Shown here piece by piece: positions 10,555-21,477 of a DNA stretch of 57,205 bases. The notes under the pieces were generated by a model. It saw only the letters and a list, made by a program, of their open reading frames with translations, ran no database searches and was not told the DNA's origin. Within the stretch, counting starts at the first letter, position 1. Every line of letters starts with the position of its first letter. The translations under genes were made by a program, and so were the position numbers. This DNA is from an uncultured Myxococcales bacterium. Lineage in GTDB: Bacteria; Desulfobacterota; Binatia; UBA1149; SPBQ01. The stretch covers positions 850 to 58,054 of the forward strand of contig CAYZHO010000003.1 of the NCBI GenBank assembly GCA_964478045.1, written 5' to 3'.

Positions 10555-11306
10555 CGACTTCTACCGAGCGCCCCGCGAACAACAGCGAGAAGCTGCCCCG
10601 CCTGCGTTTCGACGTCATTGGTCTGTTCCCCGAAATCGTAGCTCCGGTGGCCGCTACCGGGGTAATCGGCAAAGCGGTCGAAAACGGGATCCTCGCGGTC
10701 TACTTGCATCAGCTTCGGGATTACACGGGCGGCAGCCCGCACCCGGTCGACGACTATCCCTACGGCGGTGGGCCGGGAATGGTGATGCGCTGTGAACCGA
10801 TCTATCGCGCGGTTGAGGACGTCCGCGCACGGGCTCAGAGCCAGCGTACCGTGCTGCTCACACCTCAAGGTGCGCGCTTCGATCAAGCGATCGCGCGGCG
10901 CCTAGCGGGTTACAAATCCATCCTCTTGTTCTGCGGGCGCTACGAAGGAGTCGACGAGCGGGTGCGGCCGCTGTTCGACGAAGAAATCTCCCTCGGGGAC
11001 TTCGTGCTCAGCGGCGGGGAAATCGCGGCCGCCGCTCTGATCGACGCGGTAGGCCGGCTGGTCCCTGGCGTACTCGGTTCGTCCGATTCGACCCGCGAAG
11101 AGTCGTTCAGTCAGGGAACCCTCGAGTATCCGCAGTACACGCGCCCGGAAGTGTTTCGGGGCATGCGGGTGCCGAGCGTGCTGCTTTCGGGCAACCACGC
11201 TGCCATCGCGCGCTGGCGCCAGCAGCAAGCCACCTTGCGCACGCGGCTGAGACGTCCCGACTTGCTCGAACGCGCCGACGACAAAGAAGGCCAAGGAGAT
11301 GGCTGA
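10551..11306 (+). CDS. trmD: tRNA (guanine37-N1)-methyltransferase TrmD
   Basis: The GTG at 10551 overlaps the rimM stop (GTGA). Motifs: [45 protein letters not shown]. Confidence 0.93.
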   Translation: MTTSTERPANNSEKLPRLRFDVIGLFPEIVAPVAATGVIGKAVENGILAVYLHQLRDYTGGSPHPVDDYPYGGGPGMVMRCEPIYRAVEDVRARAQSQRTVLLTPQGARFDQAIARRLAGYKSILLFCGRYEGVDERVRPLFDEEISLGDFVLSGGEIAAAALIDAVGRLVPGVLGSSDSTREESFSQGTLEYPQYTRPEVFRGMRVPSVLLSGNHAAIARWRQQQATLRTRLRRPDLLERADDKEGQGDG

Positions 11307-11859
11307 CCTGTACGTGGCGCTCCTTCACCACCCAGTCTACGACAAGCGGGGCAACGTCGTCACAGCCTCGGTCACCACGATCGACGTTCACGACATCGCC
11401 AGGACTTGTCGGACTTATGGGGTCGCTGCCTTCTACGTGGTCACGCCGGTCGACGCGCTGCGCGGCCTCGTGCGCCGGATCTTGCATCACTGGAAAGAGG
11501 GGTTCGGGCGCGAGTACAACGAAACACGCACGGAAGCGCTCGACATTGTCCGCCTCGAGCGCACGCTCGAAGGCGTTGAAATCGACATCGAGGTTGCAAC
11601 TGGCCAGCTTCCCCAGCTTGTCGCCACGAGTGCGCGAGCAGCGGAACATGCTCTTTCTTACGAGAATCTGCGGCGGCGGCTCGAAGAACCCGGTCCGCCT
11701 TACCTACTTCTCCTTGGAACCGGCTGGGGGCTGGCGCAGCCGGTCCTCGATCGCGCCCACTGGCGCCTCGCCCCCATCAGCGGGCCCACGGATTTCAATC
11801 ATCTGTCGGTGCGAGCTGCCGCAGCGGCGATCCTTGACCGGCTGAAAGGCACGAGGTAA
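11299..11859 (+). CDS. predicted SAM-dependent RNA methyltransferase (SPOUT-like, Methyltrn_RNA_4/DUF2168-type)
   Basis: 186 aa, overlapping the trmD stop by 8 nt. It starts [35 protein letters not shown]... The family assignment is from memory of the gene often found between trmD and rplS. Confidence 0.55.
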   Translation: MADLYVALLHHPVYDKRGNVVTASVTTIDVHDIARTCRTYGVAAFYVVTPVDALRGLVRRILHHWKEGFGREYNETRTEALDIVRLERTLEGVEIDIEVATGQLPQLVATSARAAEHALSYENLRRRLEEPGPPYLLLLGTGWGLAQPVLDRAHWRLAPISGPTDFNHLSVRAAAAAILDRLKGTR

Positions 11860-11890
11860 ATGGGGTGGCTTGACTGGCAGGAGGCCCCCA

Positions 11891-12226
11891 ATGAACGTGA
11901 TCGACCGGATCGAAGCCGAACAGCGGCGCGAGGTGCCCGACTTCAGGGCCGGAGACACTGTTCGCGTTCACGCAAAGATCATCGAAGGCGACAAGGAAAG
12001 GATTCAGGTCTTCGAGGGGGTGTGCATTCGCCGCACGTCGGGCGGCAATCGAGCCACGTTTACCGTTCGCAAGACGTCCTACGGAGTGGGGGTTGAGCGC
12101 ACCTTTCCGCTGTACTCACCACGCATCGAAAAGATAGAAGTGAAGCAAAGAGGCATCGTGCGCCGCAGCCGCCTTTACTACCTGCGGGAGCTGTCCGGTA
12201 AAGCGGCACGCATACGCAACCGCTGA
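11891..12226 (+). CDS. rplS: 50S ribosomal protein L19
   Basis: The ATG at 11891 is preceded by GGAGG. Sequence: [11 protein letters not shown]...[26 protein letters not shown]. Confidence 0.96.
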   Translation: MNVIDRIEAEQRREVPDFRAGDTVRVHAKIIEGDKERIQVFEGVCIRRTSGGNRATFTVRKTSYGVGVERTFPLYSPRIEKIEVKQRGIVRRSRLYYLRELSGKAARIRNR

Positions 12227-12239
12227 GGAACCCCGCACT

Positions 12240-13205
12240 TCACACCAGGTGACAGGATACCCACCGGCCGGGCGATTTGGCCTCGAGCCGTGGTTCTTCG
12301 CGCCGGCATCGCTGCTCTGCCCACGGGCAGCGGGGATGGAAGCGGCAGCCGGCCGGCGGTGCGATGGGGCTCGGTAGGTCACCCCGCAGGACGATCCTGT
12401 CGCGTTTTGGGCCCTGGCCGATTCGAGGCACGGCGGAGAGAAGCGCTTTCGTGTACGGGTGGAGCGGGTTTTCATAGATTGCTCGAGCCGGAGCGCGTTC
12501 CACAATCCGGCCGAGATACATGACCGCCACTTGATGGCTGACGTGCTCGACGACTCGCAGGTCGTGGGAGATGAACGCGTAGGTCAGCCTCAACTCGCGC
12601 TGCAGGTCCACGAGCAGGTTGAGGATCTGTGCTTGGATCGAGACATCGAGCGCCGATACCGGCTCGTCGGCGACGATGAAGCGCGGCCCTACGGCCAGCG
12701 CCCTAGCGATGCCAATGCGCTGGCGTTGCCCCCCGCTGAATTCGTGCGGGTAGCGGTCGTAGGCGTCCTCGTCGAGGCCGACCCGCGCCATCAGCTGGAG
12801 AACTCGCTCGCGCAGCTGGCGCCCGCGGGCCAGACCGTGTACTTCGAGTCCCTCGCCGATGATTCTGCCCACCCGCATGCGGGGGTTGAGGGAAGCGTAG
12901 GGGTCCTGAAAGATCACTTGCATCTGCCGGCGCAGGGCGCGCAGCTCGCCCGCGTCGAGGCTCCCTAAGTCGCGCCCGTCAAACCGAACCGTCCCCTCAT
13001 CCGGCGCCAGGAGGCCGAGAAGGAGGCGGCCGAGGGTGGACTTACCCGATCCCGATTCTCCGACGATCCCGAGCGTCTCGCCCTCGCGAATCTCCAGGTC
13101 TACACCGTCGACAGCGCGGACCACCCGGCGCCCGGCGGACAATATTCCCCCGCCGGCCTTGAACGTGCGCCGCAAGCGGCGCGCCTCGACTAGAGGGTGG
13201 CTCAC
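12240..13205 (-). CDS. oligopeptide/dipeptide ABC transporter ATP-binding protein (OppF/DppF-like)
   Basis: Walker [10 protein letters not shown], signature FSGGQRQR, Walker [12 protein letters not shown], and the C-terminal oligopeptide-type extension with HPYT. Confidence 0.92.
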   Translation of the reverse strand: MSHPLVEARRLRRTFKAGGGILSAGRRVVRAVDGVDLEIREGETLGIVGESGSGKSTLGRLLLGLLAPDEGTVRFDGRDLGSLDAGELRALRRQMQVIFQDPYASLNPRMRVGRIIGEGLEVHGLARGRQLRERVLQLMARVGLDEDAYDRYPHEFSGGQRQRIGIARALAVGPRFIVADEPVSALDVSIQAQILNLLVDLQRELRLTYAFISHDLRVVEHVSHQVAVMYLGRIVERAPARAIYENPLHPYTKALLSAVPRIGQGPKRDRIVLRGDLPSPIAPPAGCRFHPRCPWAEQRCRREEPRLEAKSPGRWVSCHLV

Positions 13206-14185
13206 TGGCTTGCCTCCGCTCCGCTCGTTACCGGGCAGGCAACTCTCCTCTCGGGACCGGCGGCCACGAGAGGAGGATCCTCACGCGCGCAGGCCCCGAC
13301 CGCCAGGCGGCAGCGGTCGCGAAAGCGGCAACCGGACGGCAAGGCCGTAAGTGGCGGCACCATGCCCGGTATCGTCTCCAGCGGCTCGCCATGGCGACCG
13401 AACTCAGGCTGGGAGGCAAGCAGGCCTTGAGTGTACGGGTGCAGCGGCCGCTCCAAGACCTCTTCTACAGGCCCTTCCTCCACGATACGTCCCGCGTACA
13501 TGACCGCCACCCGGTCGGCCCTCTCGGCGACGACTCCAAGATCGTGAGTGATCAAAATCACGGCCATCCCGAATCGCTCCCGCAGGCCATCGAGCAAGGC
13601 GAGGATCTGGGCCTGGATCGTCACGTCGAGCGCCGTAGTCGGTTCGTCGGCAATCAACAGCCGCGGATTGCACGACAAAGCCATGGCGATCATGACGCGC
13701 TGGCGCATTCCGCCACTGAGCTGGTGCGGATAGTCCCGGGCTCTTGCGGCAGCGTCGGGAATTTCGACCATCTCGAGCATCCGCACCGCTTCTTGCATGG
13801 CGGCTCGTTTGCTGAGCCCCCGGTGAACCCGAATCGCCTCGGCTACTTGGTAGCCCACTGTGAACACCGGGTTCAGCGAGGTCATCGGCTCCTGAAAGAT
13901 CATGGCGATCTCGGCCCCGCGGATGCGCCGTATCTCCCGATCAGAAAGCGCGAGCAGATTACGACCGTCGAACAAGATCTCGCCGCTCGTGATGCGCCCC
14001 GGAGGCGACGGCACCAGCCGCATGATCGACAGTGCCGTGACACTCTTACCGCAGCCGGATTCCCCGACGATTCCGAGCGTTTCGCCCCGTTCTACGTAGA
14101 GATCGACTCCGTCGACCGCAACGGCACGGCCTCGCTCGGTGTCGAAGACCGTCGTCAGCCCCTTCACTTCGAGCAGCGGAGCCAC
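13202..14185 (-). CDS. oligopeptide/dipeptide ABC transporter ATP-binding protein (OppD/DppD-like)
   Basis: The GTG at 14185 lies 2 nt after the permease stop and gives [14 protein letters not shown]. Motifs: [27 protein letters not shown]. The longer ORF to 14302 overlaps the upstream permease and is rejected. Confidence 0.9.
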   Translation of the reverse strand: MAPLLEVKGLTTVFDTERGRAVAVDGVDLYVERGETLGIVGESGCGKSVTALSIMRLVPSPPGRITSGEILFDGRNLLALSDREIRRIRGAEIAMIFQEPMTSLNPVFTVGYQVAEAIRVHRGLSKRAAMQEAVRMLEMVEIPDAAARARDYPHQLSGGMRQRVMIAMALSCNPRLLIADEPTTALDVTIQAQILALLDGLRERFGMAVILITHDLGVVAERADRVAVMYAGRIVEEGPVEEVLERPLHPYTQGLLASQPEFGRHGEPLETIPGMVPPLTALPSGCRFRDRCRLAVGACAREDPPLVAAGPERRVACPVTSGAEASQ

Positions 14186-14187
14186 CT

Positions 14188-15024
14188 TCAGCGTCCCTCC
14201 CCGCGCAACCGCGGATCGAGAACGTCGCGGAGTCCCTCTCCAAGAAGGTTGTAGCCAAGAACGGTGACGAGAATCGCGCAACCGGGAAAGACCGAGAGCC
14301 ACCAGGCGACCTCGATCGTTGTCTTGCCCTCGGTCAGCATGTTTCCCCAGCTCGGGTCCGGCGGCTGAACGCCGATACCGAGGAAGCTGAGGGCGCTCTC
14401 CGTCAGGATCGCGCCGGCGACGCCCAGAATAAAGGCAACGAATACCGGCGCCATCGCGTTCGGAAGCCCGTGCCGCAAGATGATCCTTACCGGATGCAGT
14501 CCCAGTGCCTCGGCTGCGACCATGAAGTCACGCTTCTTCAGGCTTAGGAACTCGGCCCGCACCAGGCGGCATACTCCCATCCACGAGGTCAGACCGATGA
14601 CCGCCATGATGTTCCATATGCTCGCGTCCAGGTAGGCGATCACAGCCAAAATCAGGAAGAACGAGGGAAAGCTCAGCATCACGTCGACGAGCCTCATGAT
14701 GACTACATCGACGAGGCCGCCGAAGTACCCTGCTACGGCGCCGAGCAACGTGCCGATCACGCACGCTAGACCAGCCGAAACGAAACCCACGAGCAGCGAT
14801 ACCCGCGCGCCGTAGATCATGCGACTGAGAACGTCACGGCCAAGCCCGTCCGTCCCGAGCCAATGCGCCGCGCTCGGCGGCTCGAGCACATGGCGCGCGT
14901 CGATCGCGGCGTAGTCGTAGGGCGCAAGTACGGGCGCCGCTACGGCGACCACGAACAAAACCGTAACGATCGCGCCGCCCGCAGCGGTCAGCCGGTTGCG
15001 CATCGCTTGCCGGAGTACGCTCAT
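14188..15024 (-). CDS. ABC transporter permease (OppC/DppC-like)
   Basis: Multi-TM protein with N-terminal [15 protein letters not shown] and the EAA-type loop [16 protein letters not shown]. Confidence 0.9.
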   Translation of the reverse strand: MSVLRQAMRNRLTAAGGAIVTVLFVVAVAAPVLAPYDYAAIDARHVLEPPSAAHWLGTDGLGRDVLSRMIYGARVSLLVGFVSAGLACVIGTLLGAVAGYFGGLVDVVIMRLVDVMLSFPSFFLILAVIAYLDASIWNIMAVIGLTSWMGVCRLVRAEFLSLKKRDFMVAAEALGLHPVRIILRHGLPNAMAPVFVAFILGVAGAILTESALSFLGIGVQPPDPSWGNMLTEGKTTIEVAWWLSVFPGCAILVTVLGYNLLGEGLRDVLDPRLRGEGR

Positions 15025-15995
15025 CGGCGGCGTAACCTCGGATCGACGATCGCGTAGGCAATGTCGGCCAACAGATTGCCCAGCAAGGTCAGGACCGCCC
15101 CGATCACGAGGATTCCCATGACGACCGTGTAGTCCCGCATCATCACGCTGTTGTAGAACAGCCTACCCATGCCCGGGATCGCGAAGATCGTCTCGAAGAT
15201 CACCGAACCACCGATCAACCCCGGCAGCGACAGGCCCAGGATCGTAATGACCGGCAACAGCGCGTTGCGCAGGGCATGCCGGTAGATTACCGCGCGCTCG
15301 CTAAGCCCTTTGGCTCGGGCTGTCGTGATGTAGTCCTGGCGAAACACTTCCAACATGCTCGAGCGCATGTAGCGGGAGAGCCCGGCCAGACTCGTGACCG
15401 CCGAGATCGTAACCGGCAGCACCAAGTGGCGCGCGCGGTCGAGCAGCTTGCCACTCCACGACAGGGAATCGTAATCGAGCGATTTCAATCCGGAGATCGG
15501 TAGCCACCCGAGGTCGACCCCGAACCACATCATACACAGCAGCGCTAGCCAGAATGTCGGCATGGCAAACCCGAGGAACACGAACACGGTCGTCAGCCGG
15601 TCCGCCAGCGTGTACCGGTGAGTCGCGGAGTAGACGCCGATCGGAATCGCCACCACCAAGATGAGCAGCAGGGACAAGGAGTTGAGTAGCAAGGTGACCG
15701 GCAGGGCCTCGGCGATCTTGTCGATGACCGGACGGGCGTCGCGCGACAGTGAGCGCCCGAAATCTCCTACCGCCACGCGCTTCAGCCAGATCCAGTACTG
15801 CACGTGGTACGGTTGGTCGAGGCCCCAATAGTGTTCGAGGCGGGCGCGCAGCTCGGGACTGGCGTCCGGGTTCATATCCGTGAGGAGATCAATCGGAGAT
15901 CCAGGAGCCATGTGGATCACGAGAAAAGAAACGAACGTGATCCCGATCAAGAGCGGGACGAGCCCAAGCAGTCGCCGAACGAGATAGCCGATCAT
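15021..15995 (-). CDS. ABC transporter permease (OppB/DppB-like)
   Basis: [35 protein letters not shown]-terminus typical of OppB/DppB, with the [21 protein letters not shown] loop. Confidence 0.9.
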   Translation of the reverse strand: MIGYLVRRLLGLVPLLIGITFVSFLVIHMAPGSPIDLLTDMNPDASPELRARLEHYWGLDQPYHVQYWIWLKRVAVGDFGRSLSRDARPVIDKIAEALPVTLLLNSLSLLLILVVAIPIGVYSATHRYTLADRLTTVFVFLGFAMPTFWLALLCMMWFGVDLGWLPISGLKSLDYDSLSWSGKLLDRARHLVLPVTISAVTSLAGLSRYMRSSMLEVFRQDYITTARAKGLSERAVIYRHALRNALLPVITILGLSLPGLIGGSVIFETIFAIPGMGRLFYNSVMMRDYTVVMGILVIGAVLTLLGNLLADIAYAIVDPRLRRR

Positions 15996-16029
15996 TTGCC
16001 GCAGCCCACCACCACCGCGTACGCCGGTC

Positions 16030-17682
16030 CTACTGCGTCATCGTATACTTCTGTAGTGCCTTAGGAACGTACCAGTCCTTGAAGTTGTAGGCGATTCCGG
16101 CTGGCGCCGGCTTGATCCCATGGAAGCGCGCATGGACAACAGGCAGCGCGGCTGCAACGTATAGAAACGTATAAGGTTGCTCTTCCACGAGAATCTCCTG
16201 GAAGCGGTCGTAGATCCGCTTGCGCTCGTCTCGGTCGAACGTTCGCCGCCCTCGCTCGAGCAGCTCGTCCACGCGAGGGTCGGCAAAAGAGATGAAGTTG
16301 AACTCCTTCTCTTTGGTCTTCGAGGAATGCCAAATATCGTACTGGTCCGGATCCGGGCTCAGACTCCAGCCGAGCACAACCGCGTCGAACCGCCGCTTGT
16401 CGATGAAATTATTGATGAAGGCGGACCACTCGATCACGCGAACCTTGGCATCCACACCGACTTCGCGAAAACGCCGCTGTATGATCGTTGCGGTTTTCTC
16501 TCGCAACTCGTTGCCTTGGTTCGTGAGAATCTCGAACGAAAAGGGCTGGCCGTTTCGCTCGAGGATGCCGTCTCCGTCTTCGTCACGCCAGCCGGCCTCG
16601 GCCAGCAGCCTGCGGGCCCGTTCCGGGTCGTACGGCAGGTCGGCGAGGTTCTTGTTCTCCCAGATGGTTCCCGGCTTGTAAGGTCCCTTGGCCGGCTGAC
16701 CGAGGCCGAGGAGAACCACGTCGACAATTTCCTGCTTGTTGATCGCGTGGGTCAGCGCGCGGCGTACTCGCCGGTCTGCGAACAACGGGTTCTTCAGGTT
16801 GTACCCGAGGTAGGTGTACGAGTTCGTCAGGTACTTGTACTTTCGGAAGTTGCGCCGAAACTCGGGCGAGTTGGTCTGGCGCGTGTATTGCAGGGGCGTC
16901 AATCCCATTAGATCGAGTCCGCCGGACTTGAGCTCGAGAAACTGGGTCTGGCGATCTGGAATCACGCGAAACACAACCCTGTCGATGTATGGCCTACCGC
17001 GATAATAGTCGTCGTTCGCTACCAGGGTAATGCGCTTCTGCGGCTCCCAGGACTCGAACCGGTAGGGGCCGAGTCCGACCGGATGGCGGGCGAAATCCGT
17101 CGCCGTATTGATATCGCGGCCTTCGAGCAGGTGCCGGGGAAGTACGACGAGATTCGACCAGCTCGCCAACGCCGGCGCGAATGGCTTGCGGTAGGTGACG
17201 CGGATCGTGTAGTCGTCGAGGACTTCGAACTTCTCCACTTGAAGGAAGTCCTCCGCGTAGGGCGTCAGGGTCTTTGGATCCGTAATCGTGCGAAATCCGA
17301 ATTCGATGTCGCGTGCCGTGAACGGCACGCCGTCGTGCCAGCGCACGTCCCGCCTCAGGTGGAACGTGATCTGCAGCCCGTCTCGGGAAACCTCCCAGCT
17401 ACGCGCCAACCGCGGCTCGAGCCCGCTGAGGTCCTTGTCGTAGGCAACAAGGCCATCGAAGATCAGCCCGGCGACATCGTGCGAGGCACTGTCGCCGGCC
17501 AACATTGGAATCAGCGTCGAGGCGTCGCCAATGGTTCCTTCGACGATCGTGTCGCCGTAGGCCGGGGAATCGTCGGCGACTTCGACCGCCGCGTTTTCGC
17601 TCGCCGAGTGTCGCCCGCCGCAGGCCACGCAGATGGCCAGCATGGCGGCAACGCAGAGCAGACGAGGCACGCGCTTCTTCAT
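16030..17682 (-). CDS. ABC transporter substrate-binding lipoprotein, family 5 (peptide/nickel)
   Basis: Lipoprotein signal [23 protein letters not shown], and a ~530-aa SBP_bac_5-like body ([18 protein letters not shown]...[12 protein letters not shown]). Confidence 0.88.
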   Translation of the reverse strand: MKKRVPRLLCVAAMLAICVACGGRHSASENAAVEVADDSPAYGDTIVEGTIGDASTLIPMLAGDSASHDVAGLIFDGLVAYDKDLSGLEPRLARSWEVSRDGLQITFHLRRDVRWHDGVPFTARDIEFGFRTITDPKTLTPYAEDFLQVEKFEVLDDYTIRVTYRKPFAPALASWSNLVVLPRHLLEGRDINTATDFARHPVGLGPYRFESWEPQKRITLVANDDYYRGRPYIDRVVFRVIPDRQTQFLELKSGGLDLMGLTPLQYTRQTNSPEFRRNFRKYKYLTNSYTYLGYNLKNPLFADRRVRRALTHAINKQEIVDVVLLGLGQPAKGPYKPGTIWENKNLADLPYDPERARRLLAEAGWRDEDGDGILERNGQPFSFEILTNQGNELREKTATIIQRRFREVGVDAKVRVIEWSAFINNFIDKRRFDAVVLGWSLSPDPDQYDIWHSSKTKEKEFNFISFADPRVDELLERGRRTFDRDERKRIYDRFQEILVEEQPYTFLYVAAALPVVHARFHGIKPAPAGIAYNFKDWYVPKALQKYTMTQ

Positions 17683-18491
17683 GCGTCTAGTTCGACGACC
17701 CGAACACCGCTTGGTACCTGCAGCCGAAACGCCGCATCCCGGTGGACGCGGTCCCGCCAGATGGTGCCATACCGAATCTCGATTCGAGAGCCGTCAGGCA
17801 GGCGCGCGCGAATGCGGTGCGCAACCGCTTCACCGCTCACGTCCTCGTAGCGGTCGAACTCGGCCTCGACGGGTCCAGCGCTCGTCGTCAGACGTGCCCA
17901 TCGTACCAGTTCGCCGGCACGGTCGAGCCCTACCACGAGTGCCTCGCCCGAGGGCATCCGGCCTGTCCACACCCAACCTTGTTCCTTCCATGCCAGCGAG
18001 CCGCCCGAGGCCGGATCGGGCAGCGGAGCCAACCCGCGCAGGAGCGCTGTCAGCGCGAGCAAAGGAACCGGCACATGGGTAAAGCGGCGCAGGTGCTCGA
18101 TCGTCGGCGTCCCGCGGTATAGAACCTTTTCGCCGCGGTCGTATGCGCTAAGCTCGCGCCCGTCGGTTGCCACTGTGTAGGTCAAGCTGAACGGGCTGCG
18201 AAAATCGATCCGGACTTTGTCCGGTGCCTTGACGACGACCATATGTGCGCTTCGTATGTTTTTCTTAGTGCCCTCGTAGCGAATTGATCCCTGCCCTTGA
18301 AACGAAGCCAGGGCCTGGTGGCGCCGCACCTGAATGCCGTAGACATCTTGCCAGCGCAGAGCGCCTGGCGGCTGCGGGCGCACCGGCGCCCGCGGCGCGC
18401 ACCCCAGCACGAGCGCCATTACCCACAAGAGCGCGTGGAACCGGCGCCGCGGCCGGCTCTCCTCAAATGCCCGGCGGGAGGGATTGGGCAC
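17679..18491 (-). CDS. LolA/LolB-fold lipoprotein (DUF4292-like)
   Basis: The GTG at 18491 gives a positively charged n-region followed by LLWVMALVLGCAP (lipobox VLGC). The body is beta-rich, with QGSIRYEG...VKAPDKVRIDF. The start is uncertain because the ORF is open up to 18599. Its stop overlaps the SBP gene start by 4 nt. Confidence 0.55.
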   Translation of the reverse strand: MPNPSRRAFEESRPRRRFHALLWVMALVLGCAPRAPVRPQPPGALRWQDVYGIQVRRHQALASFQGQGSIRYEGTKKNIRSAHMVVVKAPDKVRIDFRSPFSLTYTVATDGRELSAYDRGEKVLYRGTPTIEHLRRFTHVPVPLLALTALLRGLAPLPDPASGGSLAWKEQGWVWTGRMPSGEALVVGLDRAGELVRWARLTTSAGPVEAEFDRYEDVSGEAVAHRIRARLPDGSRIEIRYGTIWRDRVHRDAAFRLQVPSGVRVVELDA

Positions 18492-20220
18492 GACCTTCGA
18501 GTTCCAGGAGCTTCTCGCCGACTCGCTTGCGCTGCTCCGCGTCCTCGGTTCGCGCTTGGCAGTCGCGATAGAGTCGGATTGCCTCCTCCGTTCGGCCAAC
18601 CTTCCGGTACGCGTCCGCCAGATGCTCCCCGATCACCGGATCGTGGCCCGAAAGTTCAATCGCCTTTTCGAGTTCGCGGATTGCAGCTTCGTAGTCGCCC
18701 CGCTGGTAGTAGACCCAGCCGAGGCTGTCCAGGAAGAAACCGTCGTTGGGGTGGAGCTCGAGCGCGTGGCGGATCAAGCGCTCCGCTTCGTCCAGATTCT
18801 CACCGCGCTCCGCATAGGTGTAGCCCAAGAAATTGAGCGCCGGTCCATTGTCCGGGTTCATCTCGATCACCCGCTTGAGGATCTCGATCGCGCGATCCCG
18901 GTTCCCGGCTTTCTCGTACACCCACGCTAGCCGATAGAGGTATTCGTCGTTGCTCGGGTCGGACTCCACCAGCCGCCGGGCATATGCGAGCGCTTGCTCG
19001 AAGTCCCCCTGCGTTTCGTACAATTCGATCAGGTAGCGCAGCGCGCGCGCGTTCTCAGGATCGTAGGCGAGCAACTTCTCGACCGCCGTCGCCGCTTCGG
19101 CCACTCGGCCTTGCTCGTACAGTAGTTGTCCCAAATGAATTCGCGCGTCCGCGTAGCGATCCGCAGTCGGAGGAATCTTGCGAAGCTCACGTTCGGCCGC
19201 CTTGAGGTCTCCGAGTTCGTGGTACGTGACCGCTAGATAGAAGCGAACGTCGTGGTCCTCGGGCCGCGCAGCCAGGACCATGTTGAACTCGAGCACCGCC
19301 CGCCGGAAATCTCCCTTTTCCAGGCTGATCAAACCGATCTTCGTCTGCGTGTCGAGAGGATCGTCCTCGAGTTCTACCAGCCGCTCGAACTGCTCGATTG
19401 CGTCGTCGAAGCGTCCCTCCCGTACGTAGAGACCGCCTAGCTGCCGGCGTGCCAGTACCGAGCTCGGATTGAACTCGAGAGCCTTCTTGTAGCTCTCGAT
19501 CGCTTTGTCCCGCCGCCCTTGTTGCTCGTAGACGAAGCCCATCTCGAGGTACGCTTGGTCCGACGACGGGTTTGTCTCGATGGCACGGCGATACGCGCGA
19601 AGCGCTTCGTCGTAGCGGCCCGCCCGGGCAAGAGCGCGGCCGAGGTAAAACTGTACTACGAACGAGTCCGGGCTCAGTGTGGCAGCGCGCGTGAGCAGCG
19701 CAACGCCGTCCTCGATCCGCCCCGCGCGCGTGTACAGCGCACCTAGCTTGACCAGAACTTCTTCGTCGTTCGGCACCTGCTCGAGAACGGCCTCGTACTG
19801 CTCCATGGCCTTCTCAGGACGCCCAACTGCCGAGTACAGATCGGCGGCCAGCAGTCTGTATTCCGGATTGTTCGGTTGCATGTCCGCCAGGATGGCGGCT
19901 TGCTCGACGGCTTGCTCGAGCTGGGCTTCGCGCACGTACAGTTCGACCAGGTGCTGCCGGATGCGCGGCTCGTTTGGATCCAGCGCAGCTGCGCGCAGCA
20001 TCTCGTCGAGCGCCCGGCGGGGGTCGCCTTGGTTGCGGGCCACCAGGGCCTTGAGGTAGTGGGCGGCAGCCTTCTGCTCGCGCGTCAGGGCCACCGGTGC
20101 AGGAACCTGCGTTGCAGGTGCCGTCTGCTGGAGCGCTGGCAGTCGTGACGCGGGAATAGTCGCACACCCGACTGCGAATCCAGCCGCTATCCCGGCAAAG
20201 ATGCTCGCTGCGCGCCTCAC
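18463..20220 (-). CDS. tetratricopeptide-repeat lipoprotein
   Basis: The GTG at 20220 gives VRRAASIFAGIAAGFAVGCATIP (lipobox). More than 10 TPR units are recognisable (A..Y..AL..DP.N..A...LG repeated). Confidence 0.85.
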   Translation of the reverse strand: MRRAASIFAGIAAGFAVGCATIPASRLPALQQTAPATQVPAPVALTREQKAAAHYLKALVARNQGDPRRALDEMLRAAALDPNEPRIRQHLVELYVREAQLEQAVEQAAILADMQPNNPEYRLLAADLYSAVGRPEKAMEQYEAVLEQVPNDEEVLVKLGALYTRAGRIEDGVALLTRAATLSPDSFVVQFYLGRALARAGRYDEALRAYRRAIETNPSSDQAYLEMGFVYEQQGRRDKAIESYKKALEFNPSSVLARRQLGGLYVREGRFDDAIEQFERLVELEDDPLDTQTKIGLISLEKGDFRRAVLEFNMVLAARPEDHDVRFYLAVTYHELGDLKAAERELRKIPPTADRYADARIHLGQLLYEQGRVAEAATAVEKLLAYDPENARALRYLIELYETQGDFEQALAYARRLVESDPSNDEYLYRLAWVYEKAGNRDRAIEILKRVIEMNPDNGPALNFLGYTYAERGENLDEAERLIRHALELHPNDGFFLDSLGWVYYQRGDYEAAIRELEKAIELSGHDPVIGEHLADAYRKVGRTEEAIRLYRDCQARTEDAEQRKRVGEKLLELEGRAQSLPPGI

Positions 20221-20312
20221 GACCAGATCACAAAGCCTACCACGGCCTTGTTTCGATGAACAGTGACCGCGCTTGCCCTCCCCGCCGCGCTGCGCTAACC
20301 GAAGCGCCCCGT

Positions 20313-21044
20313 ATGCGGCGCCTACTCCAGTGGGGTAGCGAGGCAATAGCCCAGGACGTGAGAAACGCCTGGCAGCTGGTACGCCACGACCTGCTCCTGT
20401 GGGTCGCCGTAGCGGCCGGGCTTGCCCTGGCCGAACGCGTTAGCCAGTCGGTCTCGGGCGATCCACGCGTCGCGCTCGCGCTGGCCGCCGGGGCCGTGCT
20501 TGCCACTACCGTTTTGATGGCCCTACGATTCGCGACAGCCGACGGCCGCTGGGAGCAGACCAGGCCAACCTCCCGCGCTCTGCGCCGAATTCCGTTGCTG
20601 GTGGCCAATCTTCTTGCTGCGGTCACCCTGAGCGCAGCCGGGGGCGTGATCTTCGGAGCGGCTATTTTGCTCCTGCGGGGCTGGGCTGCTGTGGCTCCCT
20701 TGATTGCAGCCGCGGGCGGAACCCTCGTCTATCTCTCCCTACTGTGCCGCTTCTGCTTCGTGCCATTCTTGGCGCTGCTCGAAGACGAACCCCTTGGCTC
20801 CGCCCGAACCCGAACCGGCCTCGGCTTGGTTCGCGTGACTTGGCCTTTGCTCGAAAGCGGGCGCCGGACCGAGGGCCTCAGGCTACGCCTATCCCCTTAC
20901 GTGGCGTTGACCGCACTTGGCCCAAGCGCAATCGAGATAACGGTGGGGAAGCCGCCTCTTCTTGCGGCTGTACTCTGGCACCTGCTGACGATCACTGCCC
21001 AAGCGGCGATCTTCACGCACTACGCTCGGACGCGCGATCGCTAG
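20313..21044 (+). CDS. hypothetical integral membrane protein
   Basis: An ATG at 20313 and several hydrophobic segments (LLLWVAVAAGLALA, VTLSAAGGVIFGAAILLL, LIAAAGGTLVYLSLL). No recognisable family. The 3' end overlaps moaE convergently by 32 nt. Confidence 0.5.
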   Translation: MRRLLQWGSEAIAQDVRNAWQLVRHDLLLWVAVAAGLALAERVSQSVSGDPRVALALAAGAVLATTVLMALRFATADGRWEQTRPTSRALRRIPLLVANLLAAVTLSAAGGVIFGAAILLLRGWAAVAPLIAAAGGTLVYLSLLCRFCFVPFLALLEDEPLGSARTRTGLGLVRVTWPLLESGRRTEGLRLRLSPYVALTALGPSAIEITVGKPPLLAAVLWHLLTITAQAAIFTHYARTRDR

Positions 21045-21477
21045 GGCCCGCGTCCTCGTGCTCGCAGTCGGCCAGGGAGCCGATCCACACCTCGCCGCCT
21101 TCGAAGTGCTCCTTCTTCCAAATCGGGGCTACATGCTTGAGACGGTCAATCAGGTAGCCACAGGCCGCCAGCGCCTCTGCCCGATGCGGTGCCGACACCG
21201 CGATGGCTACACTCACTTCACCGACTGGTACCACGCCCGTACGGTGCACGATGGCGATCTTGCACAGGTCCCAGCGCCTGCGGGCTTCGCTTGCAATCTT
21301 CTCGAACTCGCCAATCGCCATCTCCGGGTAGGCCTCGTATTCGAGCCGGAGCACCTTGCGGCCGCGATTGGTAACCCGGGTCGTTCCCGCAAACGTAGCA
21401 ATGGCGCCCGCAGCGGGATCGCCGACGGCTTGCGCAACCGCTCCCACGTCGATGGGACGATCAACGATCTCAAACAC
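21013..21477 (-). CDS. moaE: molybdopterin synthase catalytic subunit MoaE
   Basis: GAIATFAGTTR...LEYEAYPEMA...IAIVHRTGVVPVGEVSVAIAVSAPHR.EA..A....ID.LK..APIWKKE. The GTG start overlaps the moaD stop. Confidence 0.92.
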   Translation of the reverse strand: MFEIVDRPIDVGAVAQAVGDPAAGAIATFAGTTRVTNRGRKVLRLEYEAYPEMAIGEFEKIASEARRRWDLCKIAIVHRTGVVPVGEVSVAIAVSAPHRAEALAACGYLIDRLKHVAPIWKKEHFEGGEVWIGSLADCEHEDAGPSDRASERSA

